A stretch of 64,000 nucleotides of DNA from Ranitomeya imitator (GCF_032444005.1 NC_091286.1:419120001-419184000), one strand, 5' to 3'. Positions 47,751 through 64,000 are shown, counted from the stretch's first letter. Notes: a model not told the origin generated them from the letters alone. Made by a program: numbers and translations.

Positions 47751-49024
47751 CCCCTTCATGACCTTGGGATTTCTTCTGTTTTTCCGTGCTCGTTTTTCGC
47801 TCCCCTCCTTCCCAGAGCCACAACTTTTTTATTTTTCCCGTCAATATGGCCATGTGACGGCTTATTTTTTGCGGGACGAGTTGTACTTTTGAACGACATC
47901 ATTGGTTTTACCATGACGTGTAATAGAAAATGGGGAAAAAATTCCAAGTGCAGTGAAATTGCAAAAATTGTGCAATCCCATGAGTGTTTTTTTGTTTGGC
48001 TTTTTTGCTAGGTTCAGTAAATGCTAAAACTGACCTGCCATTATGATTCTCCAGGTCATTACGAGTTCATAGACACCAAACATGTCTAGGTTAATTTTTA
48101 TCTAAGTGGTGAAAACAAAATTCCAAACTTTGCTAAAAAAAAAAAATTGTGCCATTTTCCAATACCCGTAGCGTCTCCATATTTCAAGATCTGGGGTCGG
48201 GTGAAGGCTTATTTTTTGCATGCCGAGCTGATGTTTTTAGTGATACCATTTTGGTACAGACACGGCTTTTGATCGCCCGTTATTGCATTTTAATGCAATA
48301 TTGTGGCGACCAAAAAAACGTAATTTTGTTGTTTCAAATTTTTTTCATGCTATGCCGTTTAGTGATCAGGTTAATCCGTTTTTATTGATAGATCGGGCGA
48401 TTCTGAACGCGGCGATACCAAATATGTGTATGTTTGATTTTATTTTTATTGTTTTATTTTGAATGGGGCGAAAGGGGGGTGATTTAAACTTATTTTTTTA
48501 TTTATTTCATATTTTTTTAAAACATTTTTTTTTACTTTTGCCATGCTTCAATAGCCTCCATGGGAGGCTAGAAGCTGGCATAGCCTGATTGGCTCAGCTA
48601 CATAGCAACGATCATCAGATCACTCCTATGTAGCTGAAATACAGGCTTACTATGAGCGGCGACCACAGGGTGGCGCTCAGAGCAAGCTGGCATCAGCAAC
48701 CATAGAGGTCTCAACAAGACCTCTGGTTGCTATGCCGATGCATCGCTGACCCCCGATCATGTGACGGAGGTCGGCGATGAGCGCATTTCCGGCCGCGCGG
48801 CCGGAAACGGTAGTTAAACGCCGCTGTCAGCGTTTAACAGCGGCATTTAACTAGTTAACAGCGGCGGGTGGATCGCGATTCCACTCGCCACTATTGCGCG
48901 CACATGTCAGCTGTTCAAAACAGCTGACATGTCGCGGCTTTGATGTGGGCTCACCACCAGAGCACTGCATCAAAGCGGGGGATCTGACCTCGGGCGTACT
49001 ATCCCGTCCGAGGTCAGAAAGGGG
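47751..49024. mobile_element. ~1.27-kb TTAA (piggyBac-type) MITE
   Basis: TTAA|CCCCTTCATGACC ... GGTCAGAAAGGGG|TTAA. Confidence 0.88.
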
Positions 49025-49028
49025 TTAA

Positions 49029-49420
49029 AGGGAACATGTCACCCCCAAAATCGAAGGTGAGCTAAGCCCACCAGCTTCAGGGGCTTATCTACAGCATCTG
49101 ATGTATCCTAAAAGATGAGAAAAAGAGGTTAGATTATACCCTCCCAGGGGCGGTCCCGATACGATGGGCGTCGCGGTCCGGTCAGGGCCTCCCATCTTCT
49201 TACGATGACGTCCTCTTCTTGTCTTCACGCTGCAGCTCCGGCGCAGGCGTACTTTGTCTGCCTTGTTGAGTCATCATCTGATGAAGATAGGAGGCTCTGG
49301 ACCGGACCGCGACACCCATTGGACCGGGACCGCCCCTGGGTGAGTATAATCTAACCTCTTTCTCATCTTTTAGGATACATCGGGGGCTTATCTACAGCAT
49401 TCCAGAGTGACAGGTTCCCA
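49029..49420. mobile_element. T2/Kolobok-type MITE
   Basis: TTAA|AGGGAACATGTCA ... TGACAGGTTCCCA|TTAA, palindromic. Confidence 0.75.
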
Positions 49421-49639
49421 TTAAGAAATGTTCCCTTAGAACTCCATTCACTGTAATGACTTAAAGGGAGTCAAGAGTCCTAACATAAAACTTTGGACTC
49501 AGTTAGACCTCCTTTCTGGTGGAACATAATAGCGTGGTAATCTCCCAACACCATGCTCCTAATGAGAATGTGGCCTTACCCCAGCCATTACAAGATGTTT
49601 CTATACATTGTAAGTTGCCAGGTGGGAGGGAACTGGTAC

Positions 49640-49734
49640 CTGCCCTCGATGACAGTTATGACATCATCCATCTGGATATTCAGCTTGTCTGGCTCTTGGA
49701 AATCCTGTAGGGCTCTCATATCTGTTGGTTGAGC
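49640..49734 (-). CDS. TNK2: TNK2 exon, SH3 start ([31 protein letters not shown])
   Basis: TGCAG acceptor, GTACC donor, 95 nt. Confidence 0.95.
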
Positions 49735-49938
49735 CTGCAATACAAAGAATTATTCATTGTCATTTTTAAAGTAAGACATTCTGATTCTATGTAGAACGAT
49801 ATACAAGTAATTTCACATGAATATGACTTTATCAAAGAATTATTGATGCCTTTCATGTAAAACTAGTAAGAAATAGTTGTTAACGCGACCATGTTATTAC
49901 AGTAGGACTGTAGTATACCGTATGTTGCACTAGCTTAA

Positions 49939-50740
49939 GGTACCGTTACACTAAACGACTTACCAACGATCATGACCAGCGATACGACCTGGCCGTGATC
50001 GTTGGTAAGTTGTTGTGTGGTCGCTGGGGAGCTGTCACACGGACAGCTCTCCCATCGACCAAAGATCAGGGGAAAGACTTCGGCATCGTTGAAACTGTCT
50101 TTAACAATGCCGAAGTCCCCGGGTAACCAGGGTAAACATCGGGTTACTAAGTGCAGGGCCGCGCTTAGTAACCCGATATTTACCCTGGTTACCATCGTAA
50201 AAGTAAAAAAAAAAAAACAGTACATACTCACATTCCGATGTCTGTGACGTCCCCCGCCGTCAGCTTCCCGTACTGACTGTCAGCGCCGGCCGTAAAGCAG
50301 AGCACAGCGGTGAAGTCACCGCTGTGCTCTGCTTTACGGCCGGCGCTGACAGTGAGTGCAAGGAAGCTGACGGCGGGGGACGTGACAGACATCGGAATGT
50401 GAGTATGTACTGTTTTTTTTTTTTACTTTTACGATGGTAACCAGGGTAAATATCGTGTTACTAAGCGTGGCCCTGCACTTAGTAACCCGATATTTACCCT
50501 GGTTACAAGTGAACACATCGCTGGATCGGCGTCACACACACCGATCCAGCGATGACAGCGGGTGATCAGCGTCCAAAAAAAGGTCCTGATCATTCCCCAG
50601 CGACCAACGATCTCCCAGCAGGGGCCTGATCGTTGGTCGCTGTCACACATAACGAGATCGCTAGCGGGATCGTTGCTACGTCACAAAAAGCGTGACGTTG
50701 CAACGATATCGTTAACAAAATCATTATGTGTGAAGGTACC
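49939..50740. mobile_element. Harbinger-type MITE with multi-hairpin core
   Basis: GGTACCGTTACAC / GTGTGAAGGTACC ends; same family as 35155-35914. Confidence 0.8.
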
Positions 50741-50892
50741 TTTAGAGTTTTAGATACGGAAATCACAGTCCTATTCATGAGTAAACATTAGTGATTAGTG
50801 ACCCTCCAAAAGCTGCAACATTTTGACACTAACTGCTGTTACTAGAAGAAAGACGTGTTTGCAAATCATTATAGGAAATCCAGTAGCCTTTA

Positions 50893-51087
<195 letters not shown>

Positions 51088-53082
51088 CTACAAAAGAGAA
51101 ATCGAACAGGCAAATATAGCCCAACATGGTTAGGAAAACCTTACACAAGATACAAGTAAAGCAGTCTGTAGGAAATCCCTAAAGATTCCACTAAGTGATA
51201 TTGACATGGCTGGTACACTAAACATTGCAAGAACCTTAGAAAGCCTTAGGAAAAGGCAGATCTCTACAGACCTTGTCCAGTTAGTCCGTATGTGTCCCGC
51301 AGAGGGAGCTGCAGAATCATCTGAACATAATACACTGTCTTTTACATATTTTAGATGGAATTTTTACGGTTTTCAGAAGCCTAGTCTATCTGAGTAGTTC
51401 AGGCAATCATCATTGCTGTTTTCAAGGTAAAGGGAAGTCACAGCAATTATTGATCTGATTTTGATTTCTCTCTTGTTCACTCGCTTTGTATTTTGTAATT
51501 GATAAAAAGAAAGTATTGGAATTCTATTTTTAAAAGTATTTATGCTGCATGGTGAATCAAATGAAACTTTTAAAAAACAGTGGCAGAATTTCTGGGGTTT
51601 GCTCATCCTGCTTTGTACAAATAAAAACAGAATAAAAAGCAGTCAAATAGCCATGTATATCTCAAAATATACTAACGAAAACTTCAATTTACTCTGCAAA
51701 AAATAAGACCTCGACATTATTTTTTATGAAAAAAATAAAAAAAAAGTCATGGCTGTCAGTAATGCAGACCAAATAAAAACAAAAAGATTTCTGGTAGAAA
51801 AAACTATTTTCTTATGAGCTCCTACAGATGTATGTGATTTGTCTGAAGGGGAGGACAGTGAAGTCGGCGCTGATTGGCTGCTGGGATCACCCTACATAAT
51901 GCCACACGATTCCCAGAAGAGCCAGGGTATGTGCCCACAGTCAGGAATCGGCAGCACTTTGAACGCAACACCTGTCTGCTGCGTCCAAAGCGCTGCCGCA
52001 TTTTGAATGTAGGTGATTCCTCATGTATTCATTGAACCGTGCGGAATCACCGCATCCTATACATTGGACTGTGATATTTATCTTGCGGAGACTCGTATCT
52101 CCGCAAGATAAATAGGCATGCTGCAGTCTGGAAAGTTGCACCACATGTCCGTCTCCACAGGGAAGCCTCAGGCGTCTCAGCACGCATAGTGGAGATGGGA
52201 TTTCTTGAAATCCCATCCACTATGCTGTAACATCTGGATGCTGTGGGTTGTATGCAGCGTTCAACCTGCAGCATTTACTGACCGTGGGAACATACTCCCA
52301 GTGCTAAAACTGCTGGAAATGTGCCAGCAGCGGAGATTATTACTACTTTACCGGGGGAATCCTAGGGATTGATAAGGGATTATCAGAATAGTGGTTTCAA
52401 AGTAACCAGTGGTGTTATTGCCTTAATAATTTCATACAGGAATTCATAACATTTCTCACATCAATTTCCTGACCTCTTCTCTGTACGCCTCAACTAAATG
52501 AAGCAGATTTATTGTGACATCTCTCATAAATAGTCCATACATAACATCACTGGCGTTTCAAATGGTGTGGCCTTGAGTCATTTTCAGGAGCCAGTAGATG
52601 CTTTGAATTGCCAGAGCAAAAGAAAAATAATGCAGGGCATTTGTAAAAACAAGATTTTTCTGAATTACAATAGGTTGCCAATGTGTGAGTAATTGTAAAG
52701 TAGAAGAATGCGAAGTCTGAGGGGCTACAGGGATGGAAAATGTTCCCGAGTAACCCTACTGGCCTCACTTGAAGTTGACCCTGCTCTCTGACGGACAAAT
52801 CATAGTAGCAGTTGCTGATGATGGAAGCTGTAAATATGTTTACATGAAGTGATGGTGTGAATCCATAGCGAAAATGTATGTCTAGTGCATTCTCGTCACG
52901 GGTCAGGGAGGGGATAAAGAAATGTCAGAGTCAACATGTAAAGAAGCGGACAAATGAAGGAAGGGTGAATCTCATTTTTGCAATCTCACGCCTACCGGTT
53001 AGTTACTTTTACAATTAAAAAACAGCTCCATGTAAGGAAAAAAAGGGGAGAACCTCCATTTATTCCTTATTCACCATAAATA

Positions 53083-55153
<2,071 letters not shown>

Positions 55154-56158
55154 TTAATAGAAATGATCTTTAAAGGCGCTGCCCAAGCTTAAGACACCCA
55201 GCCCCCCAACCTTCAGCTATTCAACAGGACCAGAGGTGTAGTTCTCGGCGGCGACCACTACACCGTGTATGGATCTGTGCTGATCAGCTCTGTTCACTGT
55301 TTACCCCATATGCGGATGTTGAAAACAGCTGATCAGTGCTGGGCGCTGGACCCCCACCATCTGATAATTAATATGGTTATATCGTAAGGTCAGACAACAC
55401 CTTTAAATGACAGATTACACATTGCTTCATTATTTTAATAAAACTGCCAGAAATGTTGCATTGCTATCCAAATCAAGACTGTATGTTTTATGGGGTCTCT
55501 CATGGGTATGTCTACTTAGAAAGTCACATTTCAGGGGCACAAATCATATTAACTCTGACCACTCTTTGGTCAATGATTGGGATAGAAGATTTACATTACA
55601 GTGTCATCATACTATGACGTTTGCGGTGGGTGGGGGAGGACTCCCCTCATTAGTACACTGGACTCATAGCCACTGTATTCTATTACAGCTAATCTTAGCC
55701 AAATCGCACAATATTTTTTGTGTGCAATCTATCTTTACACAGAGATAATGTAAATGACCAAATCCCTATGCCAATATGTTAGGTTATAATCTAAAATCTT
55801 ATAGAGGCACACAACCATTCATCAAACCCAAATCACTTCATTCACAATCCAAAAATAGTATACCATAAACGAATTAAAAAAAAAAAAAATAGTATACCAT
55901 TCTAAATATCACAAACAATGGCAAAGGAGACAAAGCATCTCATACAGACAGTTAAAAACTACAAAACGGTTTCCACTGTGACAAAAAAAAAAAATATCCT
56001 GAAAGTGATTACAAAGAGCAGAAGCATAAATACCAGTGCTGGCACCCATGATACCTCTCAAGGCTTTGTCCAGAAGTTATCTACACCCTGAAATGCTGAG
56101 GTATATACAATGAGGACAATTAAACAGAAGACAACAGATGGTGACAGACCTATTTTAA

Positions 56159-57398
56159 CCCCTTCACCCTTGGCCGTTTTTATTTTTGCATTTCCATTTT
56201 TTGCTCCGCTTTCTTCCCAGAGCCATAACTTTTTAATTTCTCCATCATTATGGCCATGTGAGGGTTTTTTTTTGCGGGACGAGTTGTACTTTTGAATGAC
56301 ACCATTGGTTTTACCATATCGTGTACTCAAAAACAGGGAAAAAATTCCAACTGCGGTGGAATTGCAAAAAAAAGTGCAATCCCACAACTGTTATTTGGAT
56401 TTTTTTTTACCATGTTCAATAAATGCTATAACTGCCATTATGATTCTCCAGGTCATTACAAGTTCACAGACACCAAACAGTTCTAGGTTCTTTTTTATTT
56501 AAGCACTGAAAAAAAAATCCAAAGTTTGTTAAAAAAAAAAAAAAAAGCCCTATTTTCGATATCCGTAGCGTCTCCATTTTTCGTGATCTTGGGTCGGGTG
56601 AGGGCTTATTTTTTGCGTGCTGAGCTGACTTTTTAATGACACCATTTTGGTGCAGATACGATTTTTTGATCGCCCGTTATTGAATTTTCATGCAATGTTG
56701 CGGCGACCAAATAAACGTAATTCTGGCATTTTGACTTTATTTCTCGCTACGCCATTTAATGATCAGGTTAATCCTTTTTTTATTGATTGGGCGACTCTGA
56801 ACGTGGATACGCCAAATATGTGTATGTTTGATTTTCTTTTATTGTTTTACTTTGAATGGGGCGAAAGGGGGGTGATTTGAACTTTATATTTTTTTAATAT
56901 TTTTAAAACTTTTTTTTTGCATGATTCAATAGTTTCCATGGGAGACTAGAAGCTGCCATAACCCGATCGGCTCTGGTACATACAAGCGATGATCAGATCG
57001 CTTGTATGTAGCACAATTATTCACTTTCTATTAGCCCCGACCACAAGGTGGCGCTCATAGCAATCCGTTAGTGACAACCATAGAGGTCTGCAGGAGACCT
57101 CTGGTTGTCATGCCAACCTATTGGTAAACCGTGATCACGTGACAGGGGTCACCGATGGGCGGATTTTCGGCGCGATTGCTGGAAAAGGATGTTAAATGCT
57201 GCTGTCAGAGTTTGACAGTGGTATTTAATGGGTTAACAGCCGAAAGTTGATCGCGATTCCACAAGCGGCTGGTCCGGGCACATGTCAACTGTTTAAAACA
57301 GCTGACATGTGCATGGGAAAGATGTGGGTTGAGCGCTGGAGCCCACATCAAAGGGGGAGACACAACATGTGCTATGAACGGCGCATGTCGTGAAGGGG
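56159..57398. mobile_element. ~1.24-kb TTAA (piggyBac-type) MITE
   Basis: TTAA|CCCCTTCAC ... GTGAAGGGG|TTAA; homologous to 47751-49024. Confidence 0.87.
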
Positions 57399-57651
57399 TT
57401 AATAAATGATTCTCCAAACCCCTAAGTGTTAGACTCTGTTCATCTTTACACTTTGTTATTTTCTTCATAAATGCAAAATTAAGTGACTTTCTAAAGATTC
57501 AATAAAAATGTCCAACTACGGTAATTTGTTGCTGTACAGTTCATGCAACTCCTTCATGTAGCTGATTATTCTGCTGCTTCTGACAGATTTATTCACAGTA
57601 TAATATTTCCTGGGCTACTTGTGCAGAGGCCTAATTTTTTTATATTACTCA

Positions 57652-57948
<297 letters not shown>

Positions 57949-58769
57949 TTATTTATTCAAAGCTGAAACATGAAAAACATCACATTCTCCCCAGCAAGAA
58001 TTAATAGACTGAGATATTCTTCAACTTCAAGAGGATGTATCACCAGACCTAACAATAAATCTACATAAAATTATGATATTGATCATCCTACGCTTGCTGC
58101 ATCTAATAACAGCAAGAGCAGGCGGTGGCTGATGGGAGTATTCATCAGCCAGCTCCTGCGCTCTAAATAAATAAATAAATAAAAAACTGCTTGGGTCCTC
58201 CAGACAACAGCTGCTCTGAAACGGCGCATCTATTAGATGCGCCAATTATGGTGCTTTGCCAGGCTCTTCTCACTTGCCCTGTGGCGGTGGCAAGTGGGGT
58301 TCATATTTGTGGGGTTGATGTCATACTTCGTATTGTCCGGTGACATCAAGCCCACGGCTTAGTAATGGAGAGGTGTCTATAAGACACCCATCCATTACTA
58401 ATCCTATAGTTATATTGTAAATATACACACAGCAAGTCCTTTTAGTTCAATCTAAGTTGGTTACGACCCCAAGCAACTAGCTGTCAATATATCAGTGGTC
58501 GCAACCATGGATACCTAAGGTCCTGCAATGCCTGCACATGAGGAAAGAGACATGACAAATCAGAAGAACTATACTACATTTATTATTGGAGGTATTTGCT
58601 ATTATTATTATTGCTCTAATGAAATGCTGCAGCTAATCAGTGGTCACTGCAGAAGTTACTTGCTGGGAATCATATTGCAGACATCGCTGAAGTGTTGCTG
58701 GTCTAGGAGGTAAATATATGTTTTTTTTATTTTATGTAGGGCACATTATTAATTATGAAGGGGTTGTCT

Positions 58770-60506
58770 GGAATTTTCAGGACTCAAAATAAATTGGGAC
58801 AAATCGTGCATCATGCCCATTGATGAGGAAGATAGGGGTATTGGGGAGGTGGAAAGGTCAGCAAAATTGAAGGTAGTTTCGAAATTTAAATATTTGGGGA
58901 TACAAATCGCTCTTCCTCTGACGAGGTTTGAAGAACTTAATCTAAGCCCTCTGTTACAAAAAACACCAAAATTTCGTCGTGGAACAAACTACATCTCTCT
59001 GCAATTGGAAGAGTGAACCTTTTGAAGATGATTGTGATGCCACAGCTGTCATATGTACTGCATAATTCTCCAACTTGGATTCCGCAGAGTAAGTTTCGTA
59101 AAATTCAATCGCTGTTTGGCGAACTAATATGGAGGGGGGGGGGCCAAGGTTTAAACAAGAAACTTTGCATAGGCCAAAGGCGGAAGGAGACTTAGCGCTC
59201 CCTAACCCGTGGGTATATTTTTTATCAGCACAATGCCAACATATTAGAGGATGGGGGGAGGAGACGGGAAAGGGGCAATCGCCCAGTAGTTTGAGATATT
59301 TGATTGGAAAATGGCCTCTGGGTGAGAGTTTGGAAGGGGGGCAATTTTTAAAACTGGGCTCTCTGTTTCCTACTGTTCTTCTAATTCATAAGGTATGGGA
59401 ACAAGTTAAACAGATTAGTGGTGTCACAGGCCTTACCAAATACTCTCCTATAAGGGATAATATAAATTTACAAGAATTTAAGCAAATGGAAGGATTTGGG
59501 CCCTGGAGAGAGGCAGGAATTAGAAGGATGGGTCAGCTAATGGGTCAAGGGGGACTTAAGTCATTCGTGGAGTTACAAACAGAATTCCAGTTATCACATT
59601 TAAATTTACATCATTATAAAAGAATTCAGCATGCGTATCAGTCGCAATGTCGGAGAAAACTTATTGAGATCCAGATCGATATCACGCTGGCTTCCATTTT
59701 GGAGAACAGCGGGACAAGGGGGGCAATTTCAGAAGTGTTAAACTTCCCATCAAGTCTAGAATGAAATGGGAAGCTGAATTGGGAGAGATAAATGATGATA
59801 GATGGGAATTCATTTTAGAATATGTGCCTAAGATCTCTATGAGTGAACCTGGGAGGATGTCTCAATCATATGTGATTCATAGAGCTTACAGAACTCCCGA
59901 TAGACTGTTCAAGATGGGTTTGAGGTCTGATTCAGAGTGTCCACGATGTTCGCAGGAATGGGCAGACAAGTTACACATGCTGTGGCACTGCCCTAGATTG
60001 TCTGCCTTCTGGACAGTTGTATTGAATCGGATTGAATTGATATATAGGTGTGTAATTCCCAGAGACCCTTTGGTCTGTATATTAGGTTATGTGGAAGAAA
60101 TAGCAGCGGTATCTATGGTTAAACTGGCGATTGCTAGATTGTTATTCATAGCAAGGAAATTGATAGCTCGGTTCTGGATCAGAGAATAGCCTCCGACTAG
60201 ACTTTCTTACGCAGGCGGATCATATAATATTATTGGAAAAAAGTATATATACTAAGAGAAATAAACTCCATGGATAGAATGGAATTAGATTTGTGGGGAG
60301 GATGCATAATGTTATAGATGATGTTCATACTATACAATTGTATTTGGCTTGGGGAAGGAATATCGGATGGGAAATGAGGAAGGTACTAAGGGGGGTAAAA
60401 AGGGGGGGGAATTTTGTTCATAAAATATATGATTATATGTGAATAATAGCTTGATGTCATATGTTATAATTGTTTTCCTTAATAAAAATTTATCTGATTG
60501 AAAAAA
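58770..60506 (+). mobile_element. 5'-truncated L1/Tx1-type LINE (ORF2 C-terminal part, frameshifted)
   Basis: KYLGI, GRVNLLKM..MPQL.Y, LALPN and CPRC...HMLWHC motifs; AATAAA plus A-tail; 12-bp TSD AAGGGGTTGTCT (58758-58769, 60507-60518). Confidence 0.9.
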
Positions 60507-60612
60507 AAGGGGTTGTCTATTAATGGACAATTCCTTTAATTTATAGAACTGATCACTAGTTCAAAAACAATGTGCCATAAAAAAGTGTTCAATGTAATAC
60601 ATAATCACGTCA

Positions 60613-60834
<222 letters not shown>

Positions 60835-62109
60835 CTAAATTACAAACTATTAAGATCATTCCTCCAAACTAAACAATACAGAGATACTTTCGACTTGTTG
60901 TACTAATACATGTTTTGTATGTGATATATATATATATTTATATTAACTTAATGGAATTTCCCTTGGAGAATCAGCATTACAATGGCATGCCATTATAATT
61001 TCCATGATTTAACAACATCTTACACTTCACTGTATCAAAACTAAAAGAATCTTAAAATTTGATTTACCTTTTAGAGCTCATACTTGCACATTTAAAAAAA
61101 AACAAAAAACTTTAAAACATGTAAAAATGGCGTGATCTGCTTGCATTTTCAGTTGTTTTTACAAGTGCTTTTAGTTCAAGTTTTTATATTTTTCCAGAAA
61201 ATGCTATGTGTCTGTGTCTTATAATGGATAAAGAATGAGAAAGCAATTAGTAGAAGAATTCTATAGAAAGAAGCATATTAGATTTATACTTTGGACATCT
61301 TAGATCCAAAAGGTTTAACTGAGCAATTCCTTTCATCTGTCCATGGTAAAGGTGCATTAGAGCTCAGTTTACCACATGAACTGCATTGCATTGATTGGAT
61401 TATGATCCACGTACTGCGTTCTGGGATTATTATGATCTACTGATTCCGGGCCTCCCTTGTGCGTTCTCTGTGCTTTCACACAGCACCACCTTCTGACATC
61501 CTTCCTTTAGCTTCCCATCGCACGGGCGGCTGTCACCGGCCGCGACAGCTCGCCGAGGACTCATACATCTGGCTGCTACAAAAGAAGCGAAGCTAAGTAT
61601 AAAGAAACCCCACGTGTGTCATGTGTGTGTTGTTTCTACCGATAGTGGATTTTCTCTTAATACCTTCCGGACCAAGCTGTGTATGTACATTTTAATAGGT
61701 ATGACTCGTCTCTTACCTAATACGCACGTCTAAGCATATAGGTATTACACCGCAGCTTAGAGTATACTCTTTGTATATTAAGGAATATAGTTTATAGTTT
61801 TAACTTATAGATTTCCTAGTACTGATTACCTTGATAGTATCCCCGGTGCATAGGAATATACCCTCTAGAAAGGCTTTATTCTATTACTCTCTATTACACA
61901 TTTCATTTCCTTTATTTTTGCCTTTAGACTATTTTTGTCCAGATTGTCACCCCTCTATCCACATGCAAGTAGTGCCATCGCCTTTAGTACCATCTCCTCT
62001 TTATCAGGTAATTAGTTGTATTCAATCCAAATAAATTTCATGCATTTTTTCTAGCGCAAGTACGATTTTTATCTTGTATTTAAAAATATCCCTATTTTTA
62101 TTTTGACAT

Positions 62110-62235
62110 TTACCAGTAGCTGCTGCATTTTCCACCCTAGGCTTATACTCGAGTCATTAAGTTTTCCCAGTTTTTTGTGGCAAAATTAGGGGTCTCGGCT
62201 TATACTCGAGTCGGCTTATACTCAGGTATATACGG
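62110..62235. mobile_element. Partial copy of the Tc2/pogo-like MITE
   Basis: Reverse complement of about 19206-19330; ends TATATACGG|TA. Confidence 0.75.
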
Positions 62236-62939
62236 TATATCAATATATTTTATTTTAAATTCTTTTTTTTTTTTTTTAAACAGAAATATGGTTCCCAAGG
62301 GCCTGGAGGAGAGTCTCCCGGGTATCACCACACATGATCAGCTTACTTCCCGCATGGTGGGCATAGCCCCATGCGGAAAGTAAGCGGATCAATGCTCAAT
62401 GCATTCCTATGTTTGCAGAATCGCTGCGATTCTGCACAAAGAATGAGCATGCTACGTATTTTTCCGTGATGCGATTCCGCCACGGAAAAATGCGCAGCAT
62501 TAGCACAACATTGCGGAATCTCATTGAATTCAATGGGCTGTGTTGTGCATGCGTTATCGCAGCGCTTTTGCCGCAAAAAAAGTGGTAAAAATGCATACAA
62601 TCCGCAACATGTGCACATAGCCTAAAAGAGTGGCTCCTCCCTTTTTATCCTCATCGAATCCTTGGGATCGTGATTGTGTGGTCCTGATGTTTGCCATGGC
62701 AATTCACAAGCAAATAGCGGCCTTAGAGTCTGCCGGCTACACTGACCTGTTGAAAAGTCAGCGACATTTTGGTGGTAAAAATCAACTTTTTCAATCCTAT
62801 CATGCCACTTTGTATTAATTACTGAAAAACACCAGAAGGGTTAATAAACAACCTGACAGCACCCTTCGACATATTGAAAACTGCTGTTTTTAAAATGGTA
62901 TCACTTTTGGGGGTTTTCCAATATATTTTTCGCCTAATC

Positions 62940-64000
62940 CCTACTCCTAGTAAGAAACTGTTCATCTCTTCTTCAATCCTCCCCATCCACCTCACCTCCT
63001 CCTCTGACCTGTTCCTCAACATACAATCCTCTGTCTCCAAACACAGACAGCCCCCTCATGCCCTCTCCTGCTCCCACCTGCTAACACTTTCATCTGCTCC
63101 TTCTCACTGCTGGTGATATCTATCCAAATCCTGGTCCTCCTCACCACATCCCCACAGTCAGTTCTATCTCCCATCCACGCTCTATCACAAATTTCTGTAA
63201 CCTATCTAACCTTATACCCATTCCCCCAGCCCCCGTCTCCCCAGTCCTACTAAAAGGAGCTCAGTGGAACGCTCACTCTGTCTGAAACAAGCTTTCCTAC
63301 ATCCACGATCTTTTGTTACTACCAAACTTTTCTTCCTTGCCATCACCGAAACATGGCTCAACCCTTCTGACACAGCCTCTCCTGCTGCACTTTCGTATGG
63401 TGGATTCCATCTTTCTTACACACCCCGCCCCAGCAGCAAGCATGGTGGAGGAGTTGGTTTTCTCCTGTCAGATAACTGCTCCTTCACCCCAATCCAATTA
63501 CCACCCTCTGTTACCCTCCCTTCCTTTGAGGTGCACTCTGTGCACATCTACTCCCCCTCTAACCTCCAACTGGCTGTCATTCTCCGCCCCCAGGGCCAGC
63601 CACCACCTTCTTTGACCACTTCACCACCTGGCTACTTCATTTCCTCTCCGCTGACATCCCCACTATCACCTTGGGTGACTACAACATCCCCATTAAACTT
63701 CCCTCTCAGCTGCCACTAAGCTTCTATCTCTCACTTTTTCCTTAGGCCTCACTCAATGGTCTTCTACAGCAACCCACAAAGATGGCCACACACTGGACCT
63801 CATCTTCACCCGCCTCTGCTCACTATCTAACCACTAACTCACCTCTTCCTCTTTCTGACCACAACCTACTCACATTCTCTTTCCTCTCCATTCCTGTTGT
63901 ACAAACCCCAACTCACAAACTTGCACACCCTCGCAGACATCTTAAACACCTCGATCTACACTCACTCTCTGAATCCCTTCTCCCTCTTACAGAAATAACT
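62940..64000 (+). mobile_element. Decayed L2-clade LINE, ORF2 N-terminus (2A-like motif and APE endonuclease), continues beyond window
   Basis: LLLLTAGDIYPNPGP, LAITETWL, GGGVGFLL, GDYNIP, THKDGHTLDLIFTR and SDHNLL motifs across frameshifts. Confidence 0.87.

Noticed and set aside
61540-61630. Possible decayed Penelope/hammerhead remnant (CGAAGCTAAG...GAAAC)
   Set aside because: Too degenerate; no stems or second copy to support it.
61000-62900. Search for the preceding TNK2 exon (Gly-rich loop LGDGSFG)
   Set aside because: Not found; it must lie beyond base 64000.

Overview
Eukaryotic, transposon-saturated vertebrate DNA; the repeat families suggest a frog (inference). The only host gene is TNK2 (ACK1 non-receptor tyrosine kinase) on the minus strand. 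Twelve coding exons can be traced with GT-AG sites and consistent phases: 60795-60643, 57930-57653, 55097-54971, 51087-50941, 49734-49640, 43089-42895, 40896-40805, 38468-38424, 34025-32590, 24670-24575, 17040-16913 and 2288-2282. They encode most of the kinase, SH3, CRIB, the proline-rich/MIG6-homology region and UBA; the 5' exons lie beyond the window. The introns hold a piggyBac transposase open for the whole visible part, an intact Tc1 (DD34E), a recombinase-only DIRS element with full terminal architecture, Penelope-like elements with hammerhead-like motifs, a Helitron, L1 and L2 fragments, and many TTAA-, TWA-, TA- and 8-bp-TSD MITEs. The 14.6-kb last intron is largely a five-level nested insertion stack that can be reconstructed from TSDs and an internal empty-site copy. 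No CRISPR, rRNA or tRNA features were seen. All motif-function statements are predictions from sequence only.
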